Shown piece after piece: positions 28,459 to 38,607 of a stretch of DNA of 64,000 nt. The position numbers and the translations under genes were made by a program. Origin of the DNA: Candidatus Kryptoniota bacterium (lineage in GTDB: Bacteria; Bacteroidota; Ignavibacteria; Kryptoniales; JAKASW01). Where the stretch lies: NCBI GenBank assembly GCA_024641705.1, contig JAHECO010000005.1:98188-162187 (forward strand), given 5' to 3'. The notes under the pieces were generated by a model, which ran no database searches, was not told the origin of the DNA, and was given only the letters and a program-made list of their open reading frames with translations. Each line of letters starts with the position of its first letter. The first letter of the stretch is position 1.

Positions 28459-28982
28459 TTCTTTAATTCCTTCGCGCGCGTCGCGAATATCTCGTAGGCC
28501 TCCCGCCCAAACAATACGAACGTTACCCTTCTCAGCGACTTGGAACGGCGCAGGAAATCGGCCGTGGCCCCGATCATTATGTCAGCGGCTTCTGTCAGCG
28601 GGAATCCTCCGACACCTGTGCCCAGGGCCGGGAATGCCAGTGATCCAATTTTTTTGGATTCAGCCAGCTGAAGTGATGATCGGGTGGCGTCGAGAATCAT
28701 TTTGGAGTTCGTGGCTAAATCCTGTCCCATCACCGCGGCGTGTATGACATGTTTGGCCCGGAGAGCACCGCCGCTTGTTATCACCGCCTCGCCGACGGGC
28801 TTCGGCCCGTATCGCATTGCTTCCTGCTCGATTACCTGGCCGCCCTTCCGCTTGATGGCGCCCGCAACTCCGCCGCCCATCCAGAAGTGGTTGTTCGCGG
28901 CATTGACGATTGCCTCGCCTTCGTACTCGGTGATATCTCCCTCGGTGATCTCTACCGATTTATCCCCGAGATTAACGATCAT
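28455..28982 (-). CDS. macro domain protein (ADP-ribose / O-acetyl-ADP-ribose binding or hydrolysing)
   Basis: 175 aa. GDITEYEGEAIVNAANNHFWMGGGVAGAI and FPALGTGVGGFP are the canonical macrodomain phosphate-binding loops. Confidence 0.88.
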   Translation of the reverse strand: MIVNLGDKSVEITEGDITEYEGEAIVNAANNHFWMGGGVAGAIKRKGGQVIEQEAMRYGPKPVGEAVITSGGALRAKHVIHAAVMGQDLATNSKMILDATRSSLQLAESKKIGSLAFPALGTGVGGFPLTEAADIMIGATADFLRRSKSLRRVTFVLFGREAYEIFATRAKELKN

Positions 28983-30592
28983 CCGGCCTTGTTCTGCTTC
29001 AACGGCAGGGTGATCGTCATAGTTGTTCCCTTGCCGAGTTCCGAATCGATGTCTATCGTGCCCTGGTGATCATCGATGATCTTCTTCACGATCGCCATGC
29101 CCAGTCCCGTTCCGTGTTTCTTTCCGAAAGTGACGAAAGGTTCGAATATCTTGCGGCGAATTTCTTCGGGCATACCGCTCCCCGTGTCCTGGAGCTCGAT
29201 TACGAGGTTTTCCCGGTTCGCGCGCGTCTTAACGAAGAATTTGCCGCCGGTCGGCATTGCGTCGCCGGCGTTGCCCCCGATATTCAGAATTACCCTCGTG
29301 ATCTTGTCGGCGTCGATCTCGACGTCACCTGTATATTCGTTCCGGACTATCAGCTCGACATTCCGCTTTTCGAAGTCCTTTTCAAGGAAGACTAAAATCC
29401 CCGACAGGAACTCGTCGAACTTAATCGGCTGCACGTTGAGCTGAGACACGCCCCTGGAGAAGTCCAGGACCTCCTGCGCCATATTCACGAGGCGGTCGAT
29501 CTGTTTGATGATCTGATCGACGAGCTCGGCAGCCTCTTCGTTGCCGGCTTTCTTCTTCAACACCTGGGCGTAAACCCTTATGGTGGACATCGGATTCTTG
29601 ATGTCGTGGACTATAGTGCCAGCCATCCTGCCGACGGCAGAAAGCCGCTCGCTCTGAACCATCTGCAGGGCAATCCTTGAATTCTCTATGGCGATGGCCG
29701 CGTTGACCGAGAACGCCTTCAGGAAGTTCTCATCCTCCGAATCGAAATCGAATGTACCGTGCCGCTTATTTATGAGTTGAAACACTCCGATGATCTTGTT
29801 ATCCCGGTTTCGCATCGGCATACAGAGGATATTCTTTGTCTTGAACCCGGATCTCCTGTCGAACTCCGGGTTGAACCTCCCGTCGTTATAAGCGTCGGCG
29901 ATATTTACGGTCTCGCCGGTTTGGGCGACGTAACCGGAAATGCCTTTGCCGATTGGCTGCCTTATTTCGTTTATCTCGTTTCCAGCAATTATTCTCGCCC
30001 ATATCTCGTTGGTGTTCTCATCCACGAGATAGATCGTGCCGCGCTCCGCGAAAGTGATTCTTATCGCCTCCTGCAGTATCAGCTGAAGCACACGATTGAT
30101 CTGGAGAGATGTGTTGACCGTCTGTGTGGCTTCGACGATCGCGTGAAGTCTCGAGATTTCTCTTTGATCTACAAGACGCTGGATCACTATTTGGTTTTGC
30201 AGAGCGTCGTTCGAAGCGCGGAGCCGGTCGGAAAGAGCCCTGGCTACGTTCCATGAAATCCGCGGGTACTTCGCGACCATCCTTGAGAAGACTTTCGGGT
30301 CAAATGATATTACCGTCGATTTCCGAGTCGCTATAGCAGATGTGGAATTCCTTTTCCCCTTTATTCCCGCAAGCTCACCGAAGAAGTCGTTTTTCCGGAT
30401 GGTTGCCAGAACTTCTTCTTTTTCGTCAATTTGTTTGCGGATTTCCACTTCGCCGGACTTGAGTATGTACAGCCCTTCGACAGTTTTCCCCTCGGCCAGG
30501 AGAATCGTCCCCTCCGGAACATGGTCCACCCGGGCTTGCTTCAACAGTCCGGATACTTCCGCAGTCTTCAGCCCTTCAAATAACGAGTACAT
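28979..30592 (-). CDS. cytoplasmic sensor histidine kinase: cNMP-binding (CAP_ED) + GAF + HisKA + HATPase_c
   Basis: 537 aa with no TM segment. The N-terminal CAP_ED-like segment reads GLYILKSGEVEI...FFGELAG. A central GAF-like region follows (GTIYLVDENTNEIW...GISGYVAQTGETVNIADAY...ILCMPM). The H-box is AGTIVHDIKNP. N/G boxes are ILNIGGNAGDAM, LQDTGSGMPEE and GTGLGMAIV. Confidence 0.85.
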   Translation of the reverse strand: MYSLFEGLKTAEVSGLLKQARVDHVPEGTILLAEGKTVEGLYILKSGEVEIRKQIDEKEEVLATIRKNDFFGELAGIKGKRNSTSAIATRKSTVISFDPKVFSRMVAKYPRISWNVARALSDRLRASNDALQNQIVIQRLVDQREISRLHAIVEATQTVNTSLQINRVLQLILQEAIRITFAERGTIYLVDENTNEIWARIIAGNEINEIRQPIGKGISGYVAQTGETVNIADAYNDGRFNPEFDRRSGFKTKNILCMPMRNRDNKIIGVFQLINKRHGTFDFDSEDENFLKAFSVNAAIAIENSRIALQMVQSERLSAVGRMAGTIVHDIKNPMSTIRVYAQVLKKKAGNEEAAELVDQIIKQIDRLVNMAQEVLDFSRGVSQLNVQPIKFDEFLSGILVFLEKDFEKRNVELIVRNEYTGDVEIDADKITRVILNIGGNAGDAMPTGGKFFVKTRANRENLVIELQDTGSGMPEEIRRKIFEPFVTFGKKHGTGLGMAIVKKIIDDHQGTIDIDSELGKGTTMTITLPLKQNKAG

Positions 30593-30766
30593 TTTTGCCT
30601 TTCGAGATTCGCAAGAGAAGTTAATTTAACCTGTGTATATTCGCAACCGGCAGGTGTGAACTGGCGCTCCGTGGTTGGACTTCACCCTTCGGGGGGAGTT
30701 CCGGTTGGAAGGCCGATGCGCCTTGATTTTGACTCGCACGCGCTACTATTTTGTTCGGTAAATCCA

Positions 30767-32788
30767 GTGAAAAGAAAGACTGTTTCCTTCTTCGCTCTGA
30801 TAATCGTCGTGTCGGCGGCGTTCGCAGGCTGCTTTGTATGGAACTACGTCAAGGAGGGCTATGATAATTTCTCCGCGTACTTCAATACCTACTACAACGC
30901 GAGCAAAGCATATGAGGATGGCCTCCAGGACGTAGACGACAGCAAGAAGGCATACGAGCTGAGTGTAATAGCGGGTGCCAATCCTTCTCCATTCAGCATA
31001 AGCGCCAAGGCGAAGCAGGATTTCGACATTGCCATAACAAAAGCCTCGAAAGTCCTCCAGCTGCATCCTGAATCAGAATACACTGAAGACTGCCTTTTCA
31101 TGATCGGCATTAGCTACTACTACGAAGGGGATGACATAAGGGGTGAGAGGAAGTTCCTGGAAATCGAATCGACATTTCCCAACTCCGGAAGGTACGACGA
31201 AGCCGAGATGTACTACGGCGCGTTCCAGCTGTCGGGACAGGAAAACGAGACCGGGCGTGACAGGGTACTCAATGCCATTCAAATCGCAAGACAGAAGAAG
31301 GACAGGAAGATTGTTGCCATGTCGTGTGATATCCTGTCGGACTATTACCTGAAAGGCGGAGACACACTGAGTGCGGCCGCCTACCTGGATACTGCGGCCA
31401 CGTTTTCAACGGGAGACGACGCCGCAATTTATGCCTGTCACTCGGGAAACCTCTACTCGAGCTTGGGAAACTATGCGTCTGCGCGCGAGGAGTACTTACG
31501 GGCGAGAGACCAGGCCCGAGATATCAAGCTCCGATTCTACTCGGTGTACTACCTTGCAAGAGTACACCGGATGTTTGGAAAGTACTCCGTGGCTCTGGAA
31601 AGTCTGAACTACCTCAGGTCTGACGACAAGTTCTTTGATTTCTTTCCCCTTATAGATTATCAGGAAGCCGAAGTGTTGTACGATTCCGGAGCCGTCTCCA
31701 AGGCGGTGACCATGTTTGAAAAGATCGACACGGCATATGCCAGCACCGAAGCTGCAACGCGGAGTGCCTACAAACTTGCCAATATCTACCTCTATGTCGT
31801 CGGCGATTTTCCCACCGCACTCAAATACTACCAGAGAGTCGTAAGCCATCCCAAAGTGTATATGATCAGCGAGGACGGGCAACAGATATCCCTGGCGCTT
31901 CAAAACTATCTTGTAGCCGGCTACAAGGTGCTCCTCAGCGACAGCCTCTACAGGAACGCCGCCGCTGCTGTAGAGCGGCACGATACGACTGTCAATTATT
32001 CCGAGGCCACTCTTGATTCGCTATACGAACACGCCGCAGTGGCACGTCAGCAACTTGCCGGGATGTTCATGTTCAAACTTCAGATGCCCGACTCGGCCGT
32101 CAGATCGTATAAGCTGGTACTTTCCGATTTCCCGAACTCGAAAGTCTATCCGTCCGTTCTCTATACCCTGGGCGAGTATTATTACTCGAAGGGAGACTCT
32201 GCTGAGGGGAAGAGGTATCTCGAGGATCTGGTCACGAAATATCCGCAATCGGGCTACGCGGCTTCAGCCTGTTCGGTGCTGAGGCTTCCTCCTCCAGTGA
32301 ACATTGACTCCGCGCAGATCAGTTACTCAGAGGCGGTCGCACTAACGAAGAATGGCCAATATGCAGAGGCCGTGGACACCCTGCTTGAGGTGGTGCGGCG
32401 GAATCAATCAGGGATCGTCCCGCAAGCGCTGTATACGATAGGCTGGATATATGAAAACAAGCTGATGGAACCTGATTCGGCTTATGCGTACTACAAGGAG
32501 CTCTCCACAAAGTATCCCGGAAGCACTTACAGTCCGAGCGTGACACTTGCGCTTGCGGGTTATGAATCGGCACAGCGCGACAGCGCCATGGCGAGGAAGC
32601 AAAGAAGCGATTCAATTGCGGCCGCCCGTGCCGTCAAAGAGAAAGCTGATTCCACCGCACACCATCCCGAACAACTCCATTCTCCGGAACAGAATATTAA
32701 AATGCCTACGACACCTGCCGATACGACAAAAGATTCCGTGAAAACCAGAGCCACACCTTCACGCGAAATCGAAAAGAAGGGGAGATAA
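30767..32788 (+). CDS. large TPR-repeat lipoprotein
   Basis: The track ORF starts at 30656. An in-frame GTG at 30767 gives (M)KRKTVSFFALIIVVSAAFAGC, a lipoprotein signal with a lipobox. Many TPR-like A/Y-rich helices follow (EAEMYYGAFQL, YTLGEYYYSKGD, YTIGWIYENK), and the tail is K/S/T-rich. The start is uncertain. Confidence 0.7.
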   Translation: MKRKTVSFFALIIVVSAAFAGCFVWNYVKEGYDNFSAYFNTYYNASKAYEDGLQDVDDSKKAYELSVIAGANPSPFSISAKAKQDFDIAITKASKVLQLHPESEYTEDCLFMIGISYYYEGDDIRGERKFLEIESTFPNSGRYDEAEMYYGAFQLSGQENETGRDRVLNAIQIARQKKDRKIVAMSCDILSDYYLKGGDTLSAAAYLDTAATFSTGDDAAIYACHSGNLYSSLGNYASAREEYLRARDQARDIKLRFYSVYYLARVHRMFGKYSVALESLNYLRSDDKFFDFFPLIDYQEAEVLYDSGAVSKAVTMFEKIDTAYASTEAATRSAYKLANIYLYVVGDFPTALKYYQRVVSHPKVYMISEDGQQISLALQNYLVAGYKVLLSDSLYRNAAAAVERHDTTVNYSEATLDSLYEHAAVARQQLAGMFMFKLQMPDSAVRSYKLVLSDFPNSKVYPSVLYTLGEYYYSKGDSAEGKRYLEDLVTKYPQSGYAASACSVLRLPPPVNIDSAQISYSEAVALTKNGQYAEAVDTLLEVVRRNQSGIVPQALYTIGWIYENKLMEPDSAYAYYKELSTKYPGSTYSPSVTLALAGYESAQRDSAMARKQRSDSIAAARAVKEKADSTAHHPEQLHSPEQNIKMPTTPADTTKDSVKTRATPSREIEKKGR

Positions 32789-32791
32789 CCT

Positions 32792-33571
32792 TTGCCGGGC
32801 AACTCAGTGCTTGAAACCGCCATAACCATAGACACCCTCGAAGTTGCGAATCGAACGTTCATCACGAGGTTTCGCTCCCCGAAGATCGCATGCATGGTGA
32901 CGCCTGGTCAGTTCCTCATGGCTTCATTCCCCGAAACTTCGGATCCGCTTCTGCCCAGAGCATTCTCCGTCAGCGACGCGCAGGAAGAGACGATGTCTCT
33001 CCTTTACGTGGCCGTCGGAAAAGGGACCGGTAGGATCGCGAAACTCAAACCGGGAGAGCCCGTCGTGATGAACGGTCCTCTTGGAAGGGGCTTCCCCGAT
33101 ATGAAGGGAGGAACCTCCGTTTGGGTCGCGGTTGGTGGATCCGGTGCGGCGCTCATCCCGATCCTGGACAGGGCGGCACGAAAGACGGGCACCGAAATTA
33201 CTTTCTACTACGGTGCAAGAACCGGCGCGCAGCTCGTCAACTTGGACGGCATAAAGAATATCAATCATGCGACCGATGATGGTTCGAAGGGCTTTCACGG
33301 GAATGTTGTGGAGATGCTGAAGGAAGAGATGAAAAAGGGAAGACCTGGACAGCTGTTCGGGTGCGGCCCGACTCCGATGTTGGTTGCCATGAAAAAAGGA
33401 TTCGAATCACAGATTCAGACTTACCTGTCGGTTGAAACGCCTATGGCATGTGGCATGGGATTCTGCCAGGGCTGCCCGGTCAGGAAGTCCGGCGAAGGAG
33501 ATTATTACCTCGCCTGTAAGGATGGCCCGGTCTTCAGCGCAGCGGACATTGAATTCGAGGTGGGCAGATGA
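32792..33571 (+). CDS. pyrK: dihydroorotate dehydrogenase (class 1B) electron-transfer subunit
   Basis: 259 aa. An FAD/NAD-binding fold is present (PGQFLMASF, RAFSVSD, GGSGAALI), with the C-terminal 2Fe-2S cysteines CGMGFCQGC...C. The TTG start follows AGGGGAG. GTG 32807 is an alternative start. Confidence 0.85.
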   Translation: MPGNSVLETAITIDTLEVANRTFITRFRSPKIACMVTPGQFLMASFPETSDPLLPRAFSVSDAQEETMSLLYVAVGKGTGRIAKLKPGEPVVMNGPLGRGFPDMKGGTSVWVAVGGSGAALIPILDRAARKTGTEITFYYGARTGAQLVNLDGIKNINHATDDGSKGFHGNVVEMLKEEMKKGRPGQLFGCGPTPMLVAMKKGFESQIQTYLSVETPMACGMGFCQGCPVRKSGEGDYYLACKDGPVFSAADIEFEVGR

Positions 33572-34515
33572 GCGCCGACTTGAGAGTACACATAGGTGGG
33601 CTTGAGCTCAAAAATCCTTTGATGACGGCTTCCGGCACGTGCGGCTACGGGGACGAGCTCGGCGATTATTTCAACGTTTCGATCCTCGGCGCGGTGGTCT
33701 CCAAATCGCTCACGCTCAAGCCCAAAATAGGGAACGAGCCTCCCCGCGTCGCAGAAGTGTCATGCGGCATGCTCAACTCAATCGGACTTGCGAACATAGG
33801 AGTACAGAGATTCATATCGGAGAAGCTGCCGAAACTTGAGAAGCTTGGAGCGCTCCTTATCGTCAACATCGCAGCGAAGCGCGCGGAGGATTACGTTTCG
33901 CTTGCAGACGCTCTCGCGAAAGTCTCGTTTGTGCGCGGTCTCGAATTGAATCTCTCCTGTCCAAACGTAAAGGAGGGAGGGATAGAGTTCGGGACGGACT
34001 TAGGGACCCTGTCGTCCATTGTCAAGCTTGTGAGGAAGGTCTTCCCCCGGACGTTGATCGTCAAGTTGACGCCGAACGTGACGCGCATTAGCGAGTTCGC
34101 GAAGGCGGCTGAGAACGAAGGGGCAGACGGCGTCACAGTCGCCAATACCTATGTCGGCATGGCGATCGACATCCACTCTCGTCTGCCGAGGATACATACG
34201 GTGACCGGCGGGATGTCCGGACCGGCCATAAAACCGCTGACAATGGCGAAGGTTTTCGAGACTTCGAAGGCTGTGCGCATACCTATCGTCGCGAGCGGTG
34301 GAGTATTCGTGTGGCAGGATTTTGTCGAATACCTGATGGCCGGCGCGACGGCCGTCGAAATTGGAACCGCACTGTTCACCAAACCGGATGCGCCTGCGAG
34401 ATTTCTTGAGGGCATCACCGACTACCTGTCGAAGGAAAACATAAAACGTATAGATGAGCTGATAGGGAGTCTGAGAGTCAATCCGGAAAACGTCCCTCAC
34501 CTAAAACGCAATTGA
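33568..34515 (+). CDS. pyrD: dihydroorotate dehydrogenase (class 1B) catalytic subunit
   Basis: 315 aa. Family motifs are present: LKNPLMTASGT, NSIGLAN, LNLSCPN and ANT..G. An ATGA overlaps pyrK. Confidence 0.92.
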   Translation: MSADLRVHIGGLELKNPLMTASGTCGYGDELGDYFNVSILGAVVSKSLTLKPKIGNEPPRVAEVSCGMLNSIGLANIGVQRFISEKLPKLEKLGALLIVNIAAKRAEDYVSLADALAKVSFVRGLELNLSCPNVKEGGIEFGTDLGTLSSIVKLVRKVFPRTLIVKLTPNVTRISEFAKAAENEGADGVTVANTYVGMAIDIHSRLPRIHTVTGGMSGPAIKPLTMAKVFETSKAVRIPIVASGGVFVWQDFVEYLMAGATAVEIGTALFTKPDAPARFLEGITDYLSKENIKRIDELIGSLRVNPENVPHLKRN

Positions 34516-34600
34516 ATTAGAATTCCGGCCCGGAGGCTGATTTCACAAAGAATTTCCAATATGCATCCATTTACGGATGAAACCCCGTTGAATTCCAGCC

Positions 34601-35941
34601 ATGGAAAATAAGATCACAGAAATGCATAGTGACCCGCATTTGAGAGATTCCACTGAATTCCTCTACGGTCTAGAGAAATTCGGGATGAAAATGGATCTCG
34701 ACAACATCGGGGCACTGATGGAATTCGCCGGGAATCCGCAGAAGAGATTGAAGGTCATCCATGTAGCGGGGACCAATGGAAAAGGGAGCACGTGTGCCGC
34801 TCTGGCAAGCGTCCTGATGGCACAGGGATACAGGGTAGGTCTCTACACCTCGCCCCACCTGGTGAACTTCACCGAAAGATTCAGAATAAATGGTACGCCG
34901 ATATCCGGGGAAGACGTGTCGTCGCTGACCGCATTCTTCCGCGATGAGATTATCAGGCTACGCGCAACTTTCTTCGAAGCGACGACTGCAATCATGTTCA
35001 AGTACTTCTCCGACAGCAATGTGGATTTCGCCGTGATTGAGACCGGGCTCGGCGGGAGGCTGGATGCTACCAATGTCGTTGATCCGCTTGTCTCGGTCAT
35101 TACCGGCATCGGGCGCGATCATACGGAGATACTCGGGGACACACTGGAGAAGATCGCATTCGAAAAGGCCGGGATAATCAAGCCGGGCCGCCCGGTCGTG
35201 GTCAATGCGACATCGCCTTCGCTAAAAGAAGTGTTCGATACCGCTGCATCGAAGGTGGGCTCGGAAATATTCTACGTTGACCGGATCGCCTCATGCGTGC
35301 GCCGGAACCTCGGGCTCGACTACTCGGAGTTCGACGCGCAAGTCTTCGGGACGGAGTTCAAGTCGCTGAAGTTGGACCTGGGAGGAAATCACCAGATCAC
35401 GAATGCCTTAACGGCTCTCTCAGCCCTGGTCGTGTTGGAGAAGGGGGGTGTGAAGATAGACAGGGAGTCCATCTCGGAAGGCTTGGCAAAAATACGGATC
35501 AACACCGGTCACCGGGGAAGGCTCGAGGTACTCTCGCGTAACCCATTGATAATACTAGATGTTGCGCATAATCCCGATGGGGCGAAAGTGCTGAACGACG
35601 GGCTGGGCCTCCTCGATGGCATGAGGCAGGGGACGCTCCTGTTTGGCGCGATGCGGGACAAGGATGCGGTTTCAATGCTTGATATCTTGCGGGAAAGGTT
35701 CTCACATATTATCTTGACGAAGCTCCAAACTAGCCGCTCATTGGGGGTTGCGGAGTTGAAGAAGATAAGCAACGATATTAAATTAGAGTCGCAAGTTTTT
35801 GATAATTCCGCCGACGCGTTGAGAGCTGCAATTAGTCAGACGAACAATGATAGTTTCCTTTTGATTACAGGATCACACTACTTGGCTGGAGAAGTGCTCC
35901 CTGTGATCGAGAAATCGGAAAAGGGTTTTGAAAGCCTTTAG
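34601..35941 (+). CDS. folC: bifunctional folylpolyglutamate synthase / dihydrofolate synthase
   Basis: 446 aa. HVAGTNGKGST is the P-loop. ETGLGGRLDATN and the Mur-ligase C-terminal domain are present. Confidence 0.9.
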   Translation: MENKITEMHSDPHLRDSTEFLYGLEKFGMKMDLDNIGALMEFAGNPQKRLKVIHVAGTNGKGSTCAALASVLMAQGYRVGLYTSPHLVNFTERFRINGTPISGEDVSSLTAFFRDEIIRLRATFFEATTAIMFKYFSDSNVDFAVIETGLGGRLDATNVVDPLVSVITGIGRDHTEILGDTLEKIAFEKAGIIKPGRPVVVNATSPSLKEVFDTAASKVGSEIFYVDRIASCVRRNLGLDYSEFDAQVFGTEFKSLKLDLGGNHQITNALTALSALVVLEKGGVKIDRESISEGLAKIRINTGHRGRLEVLSRNPLIILDVAHNPDGAKVLNDGLGLLDGMRQGTLLFGAMRDKDAVSMLDILRERFSHIILTKLQTSRSLGVAELKKISNDIKLESQVFDNSADALRAAISQTNNDSFLLITGSHYLAGEVLPVIEKSEKGFESL

Positions 35942-36109
35942 TCATTTCGCCCGTTCTTTTTGATCCCCAACCTAACAGGATCCCTCAATTGAACCTGATG
36001 AAGGGTAAATAGATCACGCACAGAGTTTCTTTGACGATGCCCGGACGCCGTTGTCAGGATGATTTTCAACATTTCAAAAGTAACAAAATCTCTTAGGAGG
36101 TAGTTTTCG

Positions 36110-37414
36110 ATGACTGTAGATCTTGCGGAGCTGCAGGGAATGAAGGTCGCAGAGTTGCACAAGTTGGCAAGAGAGCTGGAGATACCCGGCTACAGCGGAC
36201 TCAGAAAAGAGGAAGTCATTTTCAAGATCATGGAGAAGCAGAGCACGATGGTGAAGGAGCCTCCTCCCGTTGAGGCTGCAGCACAGGCGCAGCCTGAATC
36301 GCCGGGAATTTCGGTGAGCGCCGGAGTGCTCGACGTTCACGGCGACGGCTACGGTTTCCTCCGTTCCCCAAAATATAATTATCTCTCTTCTCCGGACGAC
36401 ATCTACGTCTCCCCATCCCAGATCAAGAAATTCGGCCTCATGACGGGTGACACTGTCAGCGGACAGATCCGTCCGCCCAAGGAAGGCGAGAAGTTCTTCG
36501 CCCTCCTGAGGGTCGAGCGAGTCAATTTCCGCGACCCGGAGTTCACGCGGGAAAGGGTGATGTTCGACAATCTCACGCCGCTCTATCCCAACCAGAAGCT
36601 TCACCTGGAATCGGTCCCGGGTGAGTACTCCATGAGGATAATCGACCTTCTTGCTCCAATAGGCATGGGCCAGCGCGGTATGATCGTTTCTCCTCCCAAG
36701 GCAGGAAAGACTATACTGCTGCAGAAGATTGCCAACAGCATAACGCGCAATCACCCCGACGTGAGACTGATAGTGCTTCTGATCGACGAACGTCCGGAAG
36801 AGGTCACCGATATGGAGCGGTCCGTCAACGCTGAAGTGGTCAGCTCCACCTTCGATGAAGAGCCTCAACGTCACACGCAGGTTGCCGAGATGGTACTTGA
36901 AAAGGCGAAGCGTCTTGTAGAGGCAAAGAACGATGTCGTTATCCTCCTGGACAGCATAACGCGCCTGGCGAGGGCGTACAACGCGACGGTCCCCCACAGT
37001 GGCAAGATACTTTCCGGCGGTATCGACTCGAACGCCCTCATCAAGCCGAAGAGGTTCTTCGGTGCGGCGAGAAACATCGAAGAAGGCGGAAGCCTCACGA
37101 TCATTGCGACGGCACTCATCGAGACCGGGAGCAGGATGGATGAGGTTATCTTCGAAGAATTCAAGGGAACCGGCAACATGGAAGTCGTGCTCACGCGCGA
37201 GCTTGCCGACAAGAGAATATTCCCTGCGATAGACGTCAACCGGAGCGGAACGAGACACGAAGAACTCCTTCTGTCGCCGGACGAGCTCAACAGAATATGG
37301 GTGTTGAGAAAGATATTGAGCGATTATTCACCGGTAGATGCGATGGACTTTCTGCTTGACAAGATGCGCGGGACCAAAAACAACAAGGAATTCCTCAAAG
37401 CAATGAATAGTTAA
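36110..37414 (+). CDS. rho: transcription termination factor Rho
   Basis: 434 aa. AGGAGG precedes the [28 protein letters not shown] is the N-terminal helical domain. [14 protein letters not shown] is the RNA-binding domain. [15 protein letters not shown] is Walker [11 protein letters not shown] and the R-loop are also present. Confidence 0.97.
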   Translation: MTVDLAELQGMKVAELHKLARELEIPGYSGLRKEEVIFKIMEKQSTMVKEPPPVEAAAQAQPESPGISVSAGVLDVHGDGYGFLRSPKYNYLSSPDDIYVSPSQIKKFGLMTGDTVSGQIRPPKEGEKFFALLRVERVNFRDPEFTRERVMFDNLTPLYPNQKLHLESVPGEYSMRIIDLLAPIGMGQRGMIVSPPKAGKTILLQKIANSITRNHPDVRLIVLLIDERPEEVTDMERSVNAEVVSSTFDEEPQRHTQVAEMVLEKAKRLVEAKNDVVILLDSITRLARAYNATVPHSGKILSGGIDSNALIKPKRFFGAARNIEEGGSLTIIATALIETGSRMDEVIFEEFKGTGNMEVVLTRELADKRIFPAIDVNRSGTRHEELLLSPDELNRIWVLRKILSDYSPVDAMDFLLDKMRGTKNNKEFLKAMNS

Positions 37415-37428
37415 AGAAGGAGGTCCAT

Positions 37429-38604
37429 ATGAGACAGGTTGTCATCACGGGCGCCTGTCGCACTCCGATCGGTTCTTTTCAGGGGGCTCTAAGCAGTCTT
37501 ACTGCGCCGAAATTGGGTTCGATCGCAATCAAGGAAGCGGTCAGGCGTTCCGGCCTGACTCCAAACCAGGTTGAAGAAGTATTCATGGGCTGCGTTCTGA
37601 CCGCCGGTGTCGGCCAGGCGCCGGCAAGACAGGCGGCGATCTTCGCAGGCCTTCCGAACAACATTCCCTGTACCACCATCAACAAAGTATGCGGCTCCGG
37701 GCTGAAGTCCGTCATGCTGGCCGCTCTTACGATCATGACCGGAGAAGCTGATATTGTCGTGGCCGGCGGAATGGAGAGCATGTCGAATGCACCTTACCTG
37801 CTGGACAAGGCACGGACGGGTTACAGGATGGGCGACGGGAAGATCGTCGACTCTATGGTGAAGGACGGGTTGTGGGATGTCTACAACGACTTTCACATGG
37901 GAAGCGCAGCGGAGCTGTGCGCGCGCGAGTGTCATATCCCGCGCGAGGCGCAAGACGAGTATGCGGCAATGAGCTATCGCCGGACACTCGGTGCGATGGA
38001 CAAGGGATTCTTCAAAGATGAAATTGTCCCTGTCGAAATTCAGGGGAAGGGCGGGACTGCGACGCTCGTCGAGGAGGATGAAGAGCCCAGGAAAGTGAAA
38101 TTCGAGAAGATGCCTCAGCTGAAGCCGGCTTTCCAGAAGGACGGGACCGTGACGGCCGCAAACGCAAGCAAGCTGAACGACGGTGCATCGGCGCTCGTGC
38201 TGATGTCCGAGGAGAAGGCGAAGGAACTCGGGATCACGCCTCTCGCCCGGATGGTTGCACAGGCTTCGGTCGCACAGGCACCCGAGTGGTTCACGACCGC
38301 CCCTGCGACGGTAATCCAGAGGCTCTTCGACAAGACGAAATTCAAAAAAGAAGACATTGACCTATTTGAAATTAATGAGGCCTTTTCGGTCGTATCACTC
38401 GCGGTGAAGCAGATGCTTGATCTCGATGTCGAGAAAGTGGATGTCCACGGCGGTGCCGTCGCTCTAGGCCATCCCATAGGCGCCAGCGGCGCGAGAATTC
38501 TCACCACGCTTATCTACGCGATGCGGAGACGCGATGCCCACCGCGGTATCGCCGCAATCTGCATAGGCGGAGGAGAAGCCGCGGGAGTAATAATAGAAAG
38601 GTGA
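37429..38604 (+). CDS. acetyl-CoA C-acetyltransferase (thiolase II)
   Basis: 391 aa. NKVCGSGLKS carries the active-site Cys. NEAFS, GGAVALGHPIGASGARIL and CIGGGEA are also present. Confidence 0.93.
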   Translation: MRQVVITGACRTPIGSFQGALSSLTAPKLGSIAIKEAVRRSGLTPNQVEEVFMGCVLTAGVGQAPARQAAIFAGLPNNIPCTTINKVCGSGLKSVMLAALTIMTGEADIVVAGGMESMSNAPYLLDKARTGYRMGDGKIVDSMVKDGLWDVYNDFHMGSAAELCARECHIPREAQDEYAAMSYRRTLGAMDKGFFKDEIVPVEIQGKGGTATLVEEDEEPRKVKFEKMPQLKPAFQKDGTVTAANASKLNDGASALVLMSEEKAKELGITPLARMVAQASVAQAPEWFTTAPATVIQRLFDKTKFKKEDIDLFEINEAFSVVSLAVKQMLDLDVEKVDVHGGAVALGHPIGASGARILTTLIYAMRRRDAHRGIAAICIGGGEAAGVIIER

Positions 38605-38607
38605 TAC

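Noticed and set aside
36074-37258. A 394-aa ORF on the minus strand, the longest unassigned ORF in the track.
   Set aside because: It lies entirely antisense to rho, whose identity is unambiguous. Its translation is Arg/Leu/Val-rich with no recognisable motif, which is typical of a shadow frame in GC-rich coding DNA.
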